Assembly (NCBI GenBank): GCA_963740085.1
Contig: CAVUCU010000007.1
Span: forward strand, 1-64,000
From: Nitrospirota bacterium
Lineage (GTDB): Bacteria > Nitrospirota > UBA9217
Direction: 5' to 3'
DNA: 64,000 nucleotides
This document shows, piece by piece, positions 28,237 through 38,792 of the stretch. The position numbers and the translations under genes were made by a program. The first letter of the stretch is position 1, and each line of letters begins with the position of its first letter. The notes beneath the pieces were generated by a model. That model did no database searches. It saw nothing but the letters and a program-made list of their open reading frames with translations, and was not told where the DNA came from.

Positions 28237-29025
28237 CTATCTGACCTCCTCGTCCAGCCCGATGTAATAGACCTGCGGCTTTGTACCGTATTCGCTCTTC
28301 AGGACGCTGATCCGCTCCGTGTTGATGATCCTGGTCACCGGGTCATTGGGGTCCTTGATATTGCCGATCTGCCGCGCCCCGAACGGACAGGCCTGAACGC
28401 AGGCTGTTTTCATGCCCTTGTTTATACGGTGATAGCAAAAGTTGCATTTGTCGGCGGTATGGTAAACGGGATGGAAGAACCGCACACCGTACGGGCATCC
28501 CATGATGCAGTAGCCGCAGCCGATGCACCACGTCCGGTCAACCAGCACCACACCGTCCGGCGTCTGATAGGTGGCCCCCACGGGGCAGACCTGAACGCAC
28601 GGAGGATTTTCGCACTGGTTGCAGAGCTTCGGTACAAAGAACGCTTTATCAATCCCTTCCTTGCTGATATCCTTGAGCCCGTCCGTATTCTGGTCTATCT
28701 GAAGGGTCGTAAAGCCGTCGCGAGCTCCCTTTGGCGTATCGGCATACACCTTCCCCTCTTTTGTCAGAACGTACCGCTCGACCCAGGTCCGGGTCACGTT
28801 TGCATCATACGGAATTTCATTCTCAAGTTTGCAGGCCTTCACGCAAAGTCCGCATCCCACACATTTATAGGTGTCCACCAGGAACACCCACCTGACCTTT
28901 GCGGCGCTTGCCGCCTCATCGGCCATAAGTTTCTTGGGGTCTATGGTCTCGAAAGCCGCGAGGGGCAGAGAGAGAGCGGCGATCCCCGTCACTGTATTTA
29001 TGAGGAATTTCCTTCGTGTAATCAT
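28237..29025 (-). CDS. Tat-exported 4Fe-4S dicluster protein (NrfC-like)
   Basis: TRRKFL; CVGCGLCVKAC, CNQCENPPCVQVCP, CIGCGYCIMGCP, CNFC. Confidence 0.9.
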   Translation of the reverse strand: MITRRKFLINTVTGIAALSLPLAAFETIDPKKLMADEAASAAKVRWVFLVDTYKCVGCGLCVKACKLENEIPYDANVTRTWVERYVLTKEGKVYADTPKGARDGFTTLQIDQNTDGLKDISKEGIDKAFFVPKLCNQCENPPCVQVCPVGATYQTPDGVVLVDRTWCIGCGYCIMGCPYGVRFFHPVYHTADKCNFCYHRINKGMKTACVQACPFGARQIGNIKDPNDPVTRIINTERISVLKSEYGTKPQVYYIGLDEEVR

Positions 29026-29501
29026 CTCAGACCCTCCAGATTAGGCTTGTGCGGGTTGTGGCACAGGGAGCATTCCATATCGGGGTTGTGTTTGTCCGGG
29101 TCGATGCCCCTGATCTTCGCCCGGCCGCTCGTGGGATAGGGCAGCGGGTAATGGCACCGCAGGCACAATGCCCGCGTTCTGTCGACAGTGAGTTTTGGAA
29201 TGTCCGATGGGTGATCGACGGCGGGACCGTGGCAGTTCTCGCACTGGATGTTCCTGTGAGGCGAGGTCCTGATGCTCGTGAAGTTTTTTTCATGACAGTC
29301 TTTGCAGTAATCCGAGCCTTGATACTTTACGGTGACGACCGTGTTCTTCCACTCTTCCTCGTTCCCCAGACGGTGCCATCCGTACATGTATCCCCGCTCC
29401 CCAACACCGAAATCCTTCGGAACGAATACGGTCCTGGTCAGCAGTATCAGGAGAACGACGCCGATGAAAACGAATAGCGGCCTAAAAATATGATTCTTCA
29501 T
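29022..29501 (-). CDS. Membrane-anchored tetraheme cytochrome c
   Basis: CKDCH, CENCH, CLRCH, CSLCH. Confidence 0.88.
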   Translation of the reverse strand: MKNHIFRPLFVFIGVVLLILLTRTVFVPKDFGVGERGYMYGWHRLGNEEEWKNTVVTVKYQGSDYCKDCHEKNFTSIRTSPHRNIQCENCHGPAVDHPSDIPKLTVDRTRALCLRCHYPLPYPTSGRAKIRGIDPDKHNPDMECSLCHNPHKPNLEGLR

Positions 29502-29541
29502 ACGTACTCTCCTCCTTAAAATCCCGTTCCACGCCGCTTAA

Positions 29542-29988
29542 TCACTGCTCCCTGCCCTTGGACGTCTGGTGTATCATCGTTGACCCTTCCCAGAGGATCG
29601 CCAGAAAGCAAAGCGACAGCCCGCCCACCAGACCGAAAACATGGAGAAGCTGCCATTTGATGACGACGAAAAGAATGATGAAAATGAGCGAGAGCTTCAG
29701 CAGGCTGATGATCACCGCCGCAAGGTTCGAGCCCAAGGGCGTTGCCCCCTGCCGCAGATACACGCGCTGAACGGATATAGCGAGCCACCGGAAGTTCAGC
29801 AGACCGAGCGCCCCGCCGAAGAGAACACTCGCGGGAACGAGCCACCAGGACTGCGCGGTCTTCTGGACCACCGAGAAAACCACGATACCCGCAGAGGCAA
29901 CGGAAACGATGAGGGCTGTTTTTTTTGCCACCCCTTTGAGGATGGCGTCCACCGCCTGTTTCCGGAGCTGTGTTTCATCCGTCGTCAT
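29542..29988 (-). CDS. atpI: ATP synthase subunit I-like membrane protein
   Basis: 4 TM helices, GGALGLLNFRWL; follows the AtpZ gene. Confidence 0.7.
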   Translation of the reverse strand: MTTDETQLRKQAVDAILKGVAKKTALIVSVASAGIVVFSVVQKTAQSWWLVPASVLFGGALGLLNFRWLAISVQRVYLRQGATPLGSNLAAVIISLLKLSLIFIILFVVIKWQLLHVFGLVGGLSLCFLAILWEGSTMIHQTSKGREQ

Positions 29989-30230
29989 TTCTTGTCCTTA
30001 TCGTTCTTATCGAACGTCTCCTGGCTTCGTTTGGAATATATGAACAGGTTTCTGAATCCAGCCGCGATGCCGACGAAGAGAAAAATCGCAGTGAACCAGG
30101 GAGAAGTGTCAAGCCAGGCATCCAGCTTGAGTCCGACGAACAGACCGATCACCGTTGCGAACACCAGCGTCAATCCCACAGTGCTCATCACGCCGATCAG
30201 GCGGACAAGCTTACGGTCTTTTTCGTCCAT
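29985..30230 (-). CDS. AtpZ/AtpI-family protein
   Basis: IGLFVGLKLDAWLDTSPWFTAIFLFVGIAAGFRN. Confidence 0.85.
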   Translation of the reverse strand: MDEKDRKLVRLIGVMSTVGLTLVFATVIGLFVGLKLDAWLDTSPWFTAIFLFVGIAAGFRNLFIYSKRSQETFDKNDKDKK

Positions 30231-30351
30231 AGTTGAGACAGAAGTACATGGGTACATGAGTGAATGCGTATATGCGTATATGCGGGAAAACCGATTTCTG
30301 GATTACCAGGCCACGCATCTACGCTTTCACGCCTGCACGCTTCCACGCGTC

Positions 30352-31653
30352 CTACAGCCCCTTCAAACTCTTCCTCGCCGCTTCGATGGTTTTGCTGATG
30401 TCCGACCTGGTATGGGCCAGGGACAGGAACCCGGCCTCGAACTGCGAAGGAGCCAGGTTCACGCCATTCCTGAGCATGCCCAGAAAGAACTTTCCAAACC
30501 GCGCGGTGTCCGACATCCTGGCGCTCTCAAAGTCCTTCACCTTCTTGTCCGTGAAGAAACAGGTGAACATTGACCCGACCCTGTTGATCGTTGCCGGCAC
30601 CCTCGCCTCCTCCGCCGCAGCGCGGAGCCCCTTTTCGAGGTCTGCTGCATTTTTTTCGAGCGTCTTGTATACGCCTGGTTTTGAGAGGGCCTTAAGCGTC
30701 TCGATGCCCGCGGTCATGGCAAGCGGATTGCCTGAAAGCGTGCCTGCCTGGTAGATGGGGCCTACGGGCGCGATCTTCTGCATGATCTCGAGCTTGCCGC
30801 CATAGGCGCCGACCGGGAGTCCGCCGCCGATGACCTTGCCGAGACAGGTAAGGTCCGGCTTGATCTTATACAACTGCTGCGCGCCGCCGTAGGCAACGCG
30901 GAAGCCGGTCATCACTTCGTCAAAGATGAGCACGATGCCGTACTTGTCACAGACATCGCGCAGGCACTGCAGGAATCCCGGCTCGGGCGGCACGCAGCCC
31001 ATATTGCCGGCAACGGGTTCAACGATGATACACGCGATCCGTCGGCCCTCGCGTACCGCCATCTCCTTGACCGCGGCAAGATCGTTATAAGGGATCGTCA
31101 GCGTCAGTCTTGCAAGGTCAGCGGGAACGCCGGGACTGTCGGGAAGGCCGAAGGTGGCCACGCCGCTCCCCGCCTTCACGAGCAGGCTGTCTGCGTGACC
31201 GTGATAGCAGCCGTCGAATTTGAGGATCTTGTCCCGGCCGGTGAATCCCCGCGCCGCGCGGATTGCGCTCATGGTGGCCTCGGTGCCGGAACTCACCATG
31301 CGCACCATTTCAATGGAGGGGACGGCCTTCTTGACCATCTTCGCGAGCGTTGTCTCGAGTTCCGTGGGCGCACCAAAGCTTGTGCCGCGCGCGATGGCTT
31401 GTTTGAGCGCCGCGGTTACTTTCGGGTGAGCATGCCCCAGGATCATCGGACCCCAGGAAAGAACGTAATCGATGTAGGCCTTGTTATCGACGTCGTAGAT
31501 CTTCGATCCCTTCGCCTTCTTGATAAAGAGCGGGTCGCCTCCCACGGAGCGGAACGCGCGCACCGGGCTGTTCACGCCGCCGGGAATATGTTTTTTCGCC
31601 TCTTTGAACAGTTTTCTTGATCTCGCCCCTGACATGCATGCTCCTTTCGACAT
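30352..31653 (-). CDS. hemL: Glutamate-1-semialdehyde 2,1-aminomutase
   Basis: [28 protein letters not shown]. Confidence 0.97.
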   Translation of the reverse strand: MSKGACMSGARSRKLFKEAKKHIPGGVNSPVRAFRSVGGDPLFIKKAKGSKIYDVDNKAYIDYVLSWGPMILGHAHPKVTAALKQAIARGTSFGAPTELETTLAKMVKKAVPSIEMVRMVSSGTEATMSAIRAARGFTGRDKILKFDGCYHGHADSLLVKAGSGVATFGLPDSPGVPADLARLTLTIPYNDLAAVKEMAVREGRRIACIIVEPVAGNMGCVPPEPGFLQCLRDVCDKYGIVLIFDEVMTGFRVAYGGAQQLYKIKPDLTCLGKVIGGGLPVGAYGGKLEIMQKIAPVGPIYQAGTLSGNPLAMTAGIETLKALSKPGVYKTLEKNAADLEKGLRAAAEEARVPATINRVGSMFTCFFTDKKVKDFESARMSDTARFGKFFLGMLRNGVNLAPSQFEAGFLSLAHTRSDISKTIEAARKSLKGL

Positions 31654-31790
31654 AGGAAATATCTAAACTCGAAAACTGTTCTTTATAAAATATGAAAAAC
31701 CAGCGCGAAAGTCAATGGAAAAGGTTGGATTGCAGGACTAATTACAAGTAACTATTATATTACAATCATAAATTTGCACGAACATGCTTC

Positions 31791-32300
31791 TCACCGGGCG
31801 ATCGCGCGCATGATAAGGTCCGCCACGCCTGCCGCATCGTTAAGATCAAAACAAGGGATCGAAACTTCGAACGGTCTGTCGCTCACCAGTGCGAGATAGG
31901 ACGGGTCGTTCTGCGAAAGAGGGCGTTCACCCGAGACCCCCTGGCGAAAGACCTCTATTTTGTTCATCGCATTTTTTTTGAACCCCTCGGTGATCACGAT
32001 CTCAACATCCCCTGCCAGCCTCGCCAGCTCATCAGGGGTCGGTTCATGTTCGACCTTCTGCATGAGCGCAACCCTGCCCGGTCCCGAAAGAATGACCGCA
32101 TCGGCTCCTGCCTGCTGAAAGCGCCATGAGTCCTTGCCCGGCTTGTCGAGGTCAAACCCTGCCGACGCATGCTTGATCACTGCGACGCGCAAACCGCGGC
32201 CCTTGAGGATGCGTACCACTTTTTCTATGAGCGTGGTCTTGCCGCTATTTGAAGACGCGGCTACGAAAGAGACCACTCGCTGTATTTTTACCTTCCGCAT
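31791..32300 (-). CDS. mobB: Molybdopterin-guanine dinucleotide biosynthesis protein B
   Basis: NSGKTTLIEK, IKH, DKPGKDSW, EGFK. Confidence 0.92.
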   Translation of the reverse strand: MRKVKIQRVVSFVAASSNSGKTTLIEKVVRILKGRGLRVAVIKHASAGFDLDKPGKDSWRFQQAGADAVILSGPGRVALMQKVEHEPTPDELARLAGDVEIVITEGFKKNAMNKIEVFRQGVSGERPLSQNDPSYLALVSDRPFEVSIPCFDLNDAAGVADLIMRAIAR

Positions 32301-32319
32301 TCTGAAATCCGCATTCGAC

Positions 32320-33120
32320 CTACGTCTCCGTCAGATCCGTGGAATCAGGTTTCGTTTTCCTGCCGAAGAAACGCACGCCGAGGATGCCGATCTCATAAAG
32401 AAAGTAAATGGGCAGGGACATGAGCGTCATGTTGAACACATCGGGCGTTGGCGTGATTAAAGCCCCGATGACGAAGGAAATGAGAAAAGCGTACTTCCGG
32501 AACTTGGAGAGGACATCGGCGCTGATGATGCCCATACGTCCGAGTATGATCATGACCAGGGGCAGCTCGAACACCGCACCCGACGCGAGCATGAACTTGA
32601 GGGTAAAGTCAATATAGTCCGCAAGCTTGATGATCGCCTTCAGGTGCTCGGTCTTATAGGTTATGAGAAACGGGATGGCAAAGGGCAGGAGCATGAGGAA
32701 GCAGAAAACGACACCAATGTAGAAAAAAAATGTCGCAAAGAAAACGAACTGGCCGGCGTATTTCCGCTCCCGCGGCAACAGGCCGGGTGAGATGAACTTC
32801 CATATCTGGAAGAGAATAACAGGGACCATGAGCATGATGCCGGCAATGAACCCGATCTTCAAATGCGACATAATGGGCTCGATGAGCGTGGTAAAATAAA
32901 GGTCCTGTGCGGCCTTATTGGGTTCAAAATGGAGGAAGGGAAAGATCGCGTGGTACGTCATTGTCGAATTCATCGGCAACAGCAGTATCCCGAGGATATC
33001 CTCTGAATAGTTGAAGCAAACAATGAAACCAATGCCGATGGCGATCGCGGCGTAAACGATCCTTTTCCGGAGCTCCGTCAGATGGCTCCAGAACGACATC
33101 CGAAATTCGTCCTCAGCCAT
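32320..33120 (-). CDS. tatC: Twin-arginine translocase TatC
   Basis: SHLTELRKR, FISPGL, FELP, ITPTPD. Confidence 0.95.
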   Translation of the reverse strand: MAEDEFRMSFWSHLTELRKRIVYAAIAIGIGFIVCFNYSEDILGILLLPMNSTMTYHAIFPFLHFEPNKAAQDLYFTTLIEPIMSHLKIGFIAGIMLMVPVILFQIWKFISPGLLPRERKYAGQFVFFATFFFYIGVVFCFLMLLPFAIPFLITYKTEHLKAIIKLADYIDFTLKFMLASGAVFELPLVMIILGRMGIISADVLSKFRKYAFLISFVIGALITPTPDVFNMTLMSLPIYFLYEIGILGVRFFGRKTKPDSTDLTET

Positions 33121-33463
33121 TCCCTTTGGTCTCCTCGTCCTTTTTCGGTTCCGGCTCTTGTTCAGGCCCTGTTCCGGCCTTTTGCTCATCCTGGCGCTGC
33201 TCCGCGGACGCTGCCGCATCAATCTCCTTGGCGAGAGACTGATCAGACAGATTGCCGAGCTTTTTGAGCTCGTCCAGGTTGGCGGTCTTCTGGACCTCTT
33301 TCATTTCCGACTGTACTGATTCCTGAAATTCCTGCTGGGCCTTTTTGAACTCGGCCATGGCGCGGCCGATGGACTTGCCCAGGTCCGGCAGCTTTTTAGG
33401 TCCGAAGACCACAAGAGCGATAACAAAGATAACGATCAGTTCCGGTAATCCAAGGCCAAACAT
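33113..33463 (-). CDS. TatA/TatB subunit
   Basis: MFGLGLPELIVIFVIALVVFGPKKLP. Confidence 0.9.
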   Translation of the reverse strand: MFGLGLPELIVIFVIALVVFGPKKLPDLGKSIGRAMAEFKKAQQEFQESVQSEMKEVQKTANLDELKKLGNLSDQSLAKEIDAAASAEQRQDEQKAGTGPEQEPEPKKDEETKGNG

Positions 33464-33524
33464 ATGTTCCTCCCCTTTGTGATTGCGGGTTTCGGTTTTA
33501 ATGTCTTCCGTGATCCGCAGTCAA

Positions 33525-34583
33525 CTACTTCTCCGGCTTTGACTCAACCACAACCTTCATTTCCAACAACGCATTCTGCCGGAATACTTTGAGAACAACG
33601 GTTTTTCCGATATGGCCGAATGCGACCATCCGGGGCAGCTCTGAGGGGTCGAGGACCTTCTTACCGTCAAGCTCCACGATCACATCGCCGCGCTTCAGGC
33701 CGGCCTTGTTTGCCGGCCCGCCCTTCACGACAGAGGTTACCAGCGCGCCGGTCGGCTCGGAAAGGCCGACCGCAGCCGCCAGGTCCGGCGTAAGAGACTG
33801 CGCCGAAACCCCAAGCCAACCCATATCAGGCCTGCCCTTTTCCTTGATCGACGGCAGCACTTCTTTCACCATGCTGATGGGGACGGCAAACCCGAGGTTC
33901 TGTCCCGACGCAATGATCACGGTGTTGATCCCGACCACTTCGCCCTTGATGTTGAACAGCGGCCCGCCGCTGTTGCCGGGGTTGATGGCCGCGTCGGTCT
34001 GGATAAGGTCATCATAGGGACCGACGCCGATGACCCTGCCCTTCGCGGAGACGATGCCGGCGGTGACCGTATGGGAGAGCCCGAAGGGATTGCCGATCGC
34101 CACGACCCAGTCGCCCACCTCGAGCGCGTCCGAATCCCCGAGCTGTACGATGGGAAGGGCCGTCGCATTCACCTTGATCAGGGCGATGTCGATCTCCCTG
34201 GACCGGCCGACGAGCTTGGCCTCGAGCACCCGGCCGTCGGAGAGCGCGACCTTGATGTCACGCGCTTTGTCCACCACGTGGTTATTGGTAAGAATATACC
34301 CATCGGAGCTGATGATGAATCCGGACCCGAGGCTCTGCCTTATCTGCTCGCGCTGCGGGACATCGCCGAAAAAGTGATAGAAGAACTCGTCCATCCGCGG
34401 GTCGCCGAAGGGAGACTGCTGCTGCACCCTGATCACCTGCCTGGTAGAGATGTTCACCACGGCAGACCGCTCCTTTTTTACCAGGGGCGCGAATGACTCC
34501 GGAGCAGACGCTGCAAGCGCCCCGGAGGGAAAGAGAACTGCAATAAGAAGAAGGATCGATGACGGTTTTAACGCTGCTTTCAT
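33525..34583 (-). CDS. HtrA/DegQ serine protease with PDZ domain
   Basis: TNNHV, QTDAAINPGNSGGPL. Confidence 0.93.
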   Translation of the reverse strand: MKAALKPSSILLLIAVLFPSGALAASAPESFAPLVKKERSAVVNISTRQVIRVQQQSPFGDPRMDEFFYHFFGDVPQREQIRQSLGSGFIISSDGYILTNNHVVDKARDIKVALSDGRVLEAKLVGRSREIDIALIKVNATALPIVQLGDSDALEVGDWVVAIGNPFGLSHTVTAGIVSAKGRVIGVGPYDDLIQTDAAINPGNSGGPLFNIKGEVVGINTVIIASGQNLGFAVPISMVKEVLPSIKEKGRPDMGWLGVSAQSLTPDLAAAVGLSEPTGALVTSVVKGGPANKAGLKRGDVIVELDGKKVLDPSELPRMVAFGHIGKTVVLKVFRQNALLEMKVVVESKPEK

Positions 34584-34609
34584 TCGCCTCCCTGATGGAC
34601 GCTTGCTGA

Positions 34610-34978
34610 TTACATCGCGACGCGGATGATGGTCTTCACATTGCCCCGGACGTTAAAATCGCCTGCCACCTCCAGGGCGCGCGGCTTGAGATCCTTCTTG
34701 AGCGTGTCAAAGATCAGGTTTGTCACGGCCTCGTGAGAAAGGCTCTGGTCACGGAAGCTGTTCAGGTAGAGCTTCAGCGCCTTGAGCTCGACCACCTTTT
34801 TGTCAGGGGTATAGGTGATCCTGATGGTCGCAAAGTCAGGATAGCCGGAGCGCGGACAGAGGCAAGTGAATTCGGGGTAGGATATGTCTATGGTGTAGTC
34901 CCGGTCCGGGTTGGGATTGGGCCACAACTCCAGTTTTGCCTGTTTGACCGCCTTTGTTCCGTATTTCATGGACTGCAT
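34610..34978 (-). CDS. queF: preQ0 reductase
   Basis: [27 protein letters not shown]. Confidence 0.95.
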   Translation of the reverse strand: MQSMKYGTKAVKQAKLELWPNPNPDRDYTIDISYPEFTCLCPRSGYPDFATIRITYTPDKKVVELKALKLYLNSFRDQSLSHEAVTNLIFDTLKKDLKPRALEVAGDFNVRGNVKTIIRVAM

Positions 34979-35179
34979 TCTACAGAGTTTCCTTTTTTCT
35001 GTAAAGATGAAAGTTACATCAATTCATGACCTCTCATCACCAACCACGCCTGCTCACGATCGGTTTCTCGGGGCAAACGTAAAAAGAAGCGGGATTTTTT
35101 TGTTTTTAAGTTGTTTTTTCCCGGTGTAGAATATATAATCGATGATACGATATTATTGCATGAAAACGAGGGAAACAGA

Positions 35180-36226
35180 ATGACCTGCCACTTCAACTGC
35201 ATAGCCACGGGCATCGGAAGTCTTCCGGTCGTCGATCCCGACAAGGCCGCGGCGCTTTCGCTCAAATATGTCATGGAAGCGCCGTTCTGGCCGCAGCTCC
35301 CGCAACGGGACTTCCGCGAGCACATGGATGCACAGTACAGCGAGACCCTGCCGGGAGCGATCCTGGACGACGCGAAGAAAAAGGTTTTTTTCGACACGTC
35401 CCGCGACCTCACGCCGGAGCTCGAAAAGTTCTTCGAGCGATACCTGGAGAAGGATTACGGGTTTTTCAGGATGACCGATGAATATGCACCCGGGTTCGCC
35501 GCCTTCATCCGCGCCATGAAGAAAGGATTTCCGCGGGGGGTGCGGTTCGTCAAGGGCCATATCACGGGCCCGCTAACCGCAGGCACCTCCTTGAAGGACG
35601 AGACAGGCAGGGACATCATTCATAACGAGGTTATTTTCGACGCCTTGGTCAAGGGGCTCGCCATGAAGGCCGCGTGGCAGATCCGGGAGCTGAAACAGTT
35701 CAACAAACCGGTCATCATCTTCATCGACGAACCTGCCATGGAGTCTCTCGGCTCCGCCTTCTCCGCCGTTTCTTCGGACATGGTGGCTGAAAAGCTGAAC
35801 GAGATCATCGACACGATCCACGAACTGGGCGGCATCGCCGGCATCCACTGCTGCGGGAACGCGGACTGGCCCATGATATTCAATACGAGGGTGGACATCG
35901 TGAACTTTGACGCCTTCGGATATATGGAAAAGGTGATGCTCTACCCCGGCGACATCAGAAAATTCACTGACCGGGGAGGCGCGCTGGCCTGGGGTGTTGT
36001 CCCCACGGGCGCCTTCACCGGAAATGAGACCGTGGATATGCTCATCGCAAGACTCCACAAGGGCATGAACCGGCTGGAGAAGGAAGGCGTGGACCGTAAA
36101 AGGATCCATCGACAATGTCTCATCACCCCTTCCTGCGGGTTGGGCAGTCTGACACCGGACAAGGCCGAGGCGATCCTGAGACTGCTCAGGGAAGTTTCGG
36201 ACAGGATGCAGGAATCAATCGTGTAA
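35180..36226 (+). CDS. Cobalamin-independent methionine synthase-like catalytic-domain protein
   Basis: TGIGSLP, WPQLP, DEP, IHCCG, ITPSCGLG. Confidence 0.8.
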   Translation: MTCHFNCIATGIGSLPVVDPDKAAALSLKYVMEAPFWPQLPQRDFREHMDAQYSETLPGAILDDAKKKVFFDTSRDLTPELEKFFERYLEKDYGFFRMTDEYAPGFAAFIRAMKKGFPRGVRFVKGHITGPLTAGTSLKDETGRDIIHNEVIFDALVKGLAMKAAWQIRELKQFNKPVIIFIDEPAMESLGSAFSAVSSDMVAEKLNEIIDTIHELGGIAGIHCCGNADWPMIFNTRVDIVNFDAFGYMEKVMLYPGDIRKFTDRGGALAWGVVPTGAFTGNETVDMLIARLHKGMNRLEKEGVDRKRIHRQCLITPSCGLGSLTPDKAEAILRLLREVSDRMQESIV

Positions 36227-36236
36227 CCACGGATTC

Positions 36237-36335
36237 ACCCCGTTAGAGATTGGATGAAACGATTTGATGTAATAGCGCGTTGCTCGGGAATTTATCATTG
36301 GCGTGTATCGATACACTATGAATCTCTAACGGGGT
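36237..36335. repeat. MITE-like element with 15-bp terminal inverted repeats
   Basis: ACCCCGTTAGAGATT ... AATCTCTAACGGGGT. Confidence 0.7.
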
Positions 36336-36381
36336 CAACATGGTAAGAACAGAGGATTAATACATACTGGACCCTTGTCCC

Positions 36382-37221
36382 TTGCCCCTTGACCCCCGGA
36401 ATCTTATGTCCTTTCGTTTACGCTTCTCTATATTTCTCATTATTTCCGTCGTGCTTCATGCGCTGGTTATTGTCGGGATCATTTTGATAAAGCCGCAAAC
36501 ACCGGAGATGCCCCTGATCATGCCGGTCACGATCGCGAACCTGCCGCAGCAGGAGATCAGACAGCTTCCGCCGCTGAATCAGCCGACACCGGTACCTCAG
36601 GCACGTCCTGTTGTTCCTCCCTCACCCCCCGTTCCGGAACGCTTTGTTCCGGAAAAACCTCTGCCACCCGGCGCCGTGCCCATGCCAAAGAAATTCGGCA
36701 CAAGCGACGAGCTCAAACTCCCGAAGACCTTGCCGCGCACCGGTGTGCCTGAGGGAGCGGAGCAAGGCAAGGAAACGGGAAAGACGGGGGCCCAACAGCA
36801 TAAAGAGACCGGCCCTCTCCCCTTTTTGACCCAGAACGACATCGACGAACTCGCTCGCAAAGGCATGCCCCAGAAAAGACCGGGCGAGGATTCCGTCACC
36901 CTCGATACGGACGAATTCAAATTCATGTCCTACAACCGCTGGCTCAAGATCAAGGTCGAGAGCGTGCTCCAGTATCCCGAGCTTGCGGCAATATCCGGGT
37001 ACCAGGGAACGCTTTATATCCTGTTCGACATTATGAAGGACGGTTCCCTCGGCAGGCTGGAGATATTGAAGTCGTCCGGGTACAAGATCCTGGACGACGA
37101 GGCGCTCCGTTCGATCCGAGCCGCAGCGCCGTTCCAGCCGCTCCCTGATGAGTGGCACATGGAGCGATATTCCATTCGTGCGGCCGTCTTGTTCTATCTG
37201 GGTGCTGGATATATCCGATGA
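36382..37221 (+). CDS. TonB-family energy transducer
   Basis: SVVLH TM anchor, Pro-rich linker, YPELA, SSGYKILD. Confidence 0.85.
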   Translation: MPLDPRNLMSFRLRFSIFLIISVVLHALVIVGIILIKPQTPEMPLIMPVTIANLPQQEIRQLPPLNQPTPVPQARPVVPPSPPVPERFVPEKPLPPGAVPMPKKFGTSDELKLPKTLPRTGVPEGAEQGKETGKTGAQQHKETGPLPFLTQNDIDELARKGMPQKRPGEDSVTLDTDEFKFMSYNRWLKIKVESVLQYPELAAISGYQGTLYILFDIMKDGSLGRLEILKSSGYKILDDEALRSIRAAAPFQPLPDEWHMERYSIRAAVLFYLGAGYIR

Positions 37222-38414
37222 CGGACCTGCTGAAGATCGGCGCCGCCTTCGGGCTCATCGTGTTCCTTCTCCGCCTCCGCTGGAATCTCGGCCTGGTTAT
37301 GCTGCTTGGCTCGGTCTTCCTCGGGTCGCTCTCGCTCCTCGGGCCGGTGCAGCAGGCGCGGATCATCCTTGCCGCCGGCATCGATCCGGTGACGATAAAC
37401 CTCGTGACCGGTCTCGTTCTCATCATGGTGCTCGAGAACATCATCAGAAAACGGGGCGTCCTCAAACGCATGATGGAGGCCGTGGTGAACGTGGCCGGGG
37501 ACCGCCGCGTCGCCATGGCCGTGCTGCCCGGCGTGATCGGCCTCCTGCCCTCGGCAGGCGGAGCGGCCTTCTCGGCGCCCATGGTGCAGGAGGCGGCGGC
37601 CGATGCTGACATGCGACCGGAACGCAAGGCCTTCGTCAATTACTGGTTCCGGCACATCTGGGAATATATCTCGCCGCTCTATCCCGGCATCGTGCTGGCA
37701 GCCGCGGTGACGAAAACACCGATAAACAAGCTGCTTCTTTCCCAACTCCCGCTGCCGATCGCGGTCATCGCAGTCGGCGCGCTGCTCGGCTTCCGGGGAA
37801 CAGCGGTCGGGACCATTGAAGGGAAACGGGACAGGAACGAGCTCAAGGCGCTCTTCGTGTCCCTGCTCCCGATCACGGTCCCGATCGTCCTTGTTGTCGT
37901 ATTCAAGCAGCCACTGGCAATAGCCATGGCATCGATCGTGATCGCGATGCTCTTGTTCTACCGGTACGTGTTCAGCGAGCTTTGGACCACGCTTCGGGAA
38001 AGCGTTTCGCTCAATGTCATGCTCATGGTCTTCGGCATCATGGTGTTCAAGGGAATGCTCGATGCATCAGGCGCCATTGAAGTCCTGCCCTCCTTATTCA
38101 AACAGAGCGGCCTCCCGACAGGGGTTGTCCTGTTTGCGCTTCCGTTCATCGTGGGACTATTGACAGGCCTCACCGTCGGTTTCGTCGGCGCCACCTTCCC
38201 GATCATTACGGCCATGATGGGAGGCCATCCGGACCCCGCCACGGTCACCTTCGCCTTCGCGAGCGGCTTTGCCGGTGTGATGCTCTCCCCCACCCACCTC
38301 TGCCTGCTGCTGACGATCCGTTACTTCAAAGCCGACATGGCAGGCACCTACCGTTTAATGTACCTTCCGGTGCTCCTTGTCTTCCTCGTGGGACTGGTCA
38401 GGCTGTGGTTGTGA
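37218..38414 (+). CDS. DUF401-family membrane protein
   Basis: GLLPSAGGAAFSAP, NYWFRH, SPTHLC. Confidence 0.85.
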   Translation: MTDLLKIGAAFGLIVFLLRLRWNLGLVMLLGSVFLGSLSLLGPVQQARIILAAGIDPVTINLVTGLVLIMVLENIIRKRGVLKRMMEAVVNVAGDRRVAMAVLPGVIGLLPSAGGAAFSAPMVQEAAADADMRPERKAFVNYWFRHIWEYISPLYPGIVLAAAVTKTPINKLLLSQLPLPIAVIAVGALLGFRGTAVGTIEGKRDRNELKALFVSLLPITVPIVLVVVFKQPLAIAMASIVIAMLLFYRYVFSELWTTLRESVSLNVMLMVFGIMVFKGMLDASGAIEVLPSLFKQSGLPTGVVLFALPFIVGLLTGLTVGFVGATFPIITAMMGGHPDPATVTFAFASGFAGVMLSPTHLCLLLTIRYFKADMAGTYRLMYLPVLLVFLVGLVRLWL

Positions 38415-38792
38415 TCGGACACTGACTCTGACTGACTCTGATCCTGACAATAACCAACCACAGGGTCAGATTTTTCAATCTTATTCATAATAGGCCAGTC
38501 AAAATATCCCATTCGAATATCATCTCATATTTTATAATTTGAATAAATAATAATTTCAACGTAATAGCATTTACGGCTGCTTAGCATCGTTTTTGCAAAT
38601 TTATGGGATAACTGGCAAATAGTTAAAGCAAAAAAGTAATCCTTTCGCATGGCCGTATTGTTTTATCGACATGCATATTCGAAAGGCATAGCTGAATCCA
38701 TTCCGTCAATAACGACACAGACTTGCGATACTCTTTACTTATTTCTCGAGAAATCTATCTTGATTAGCCACAACACTGGAAAGGAGTAAGAC

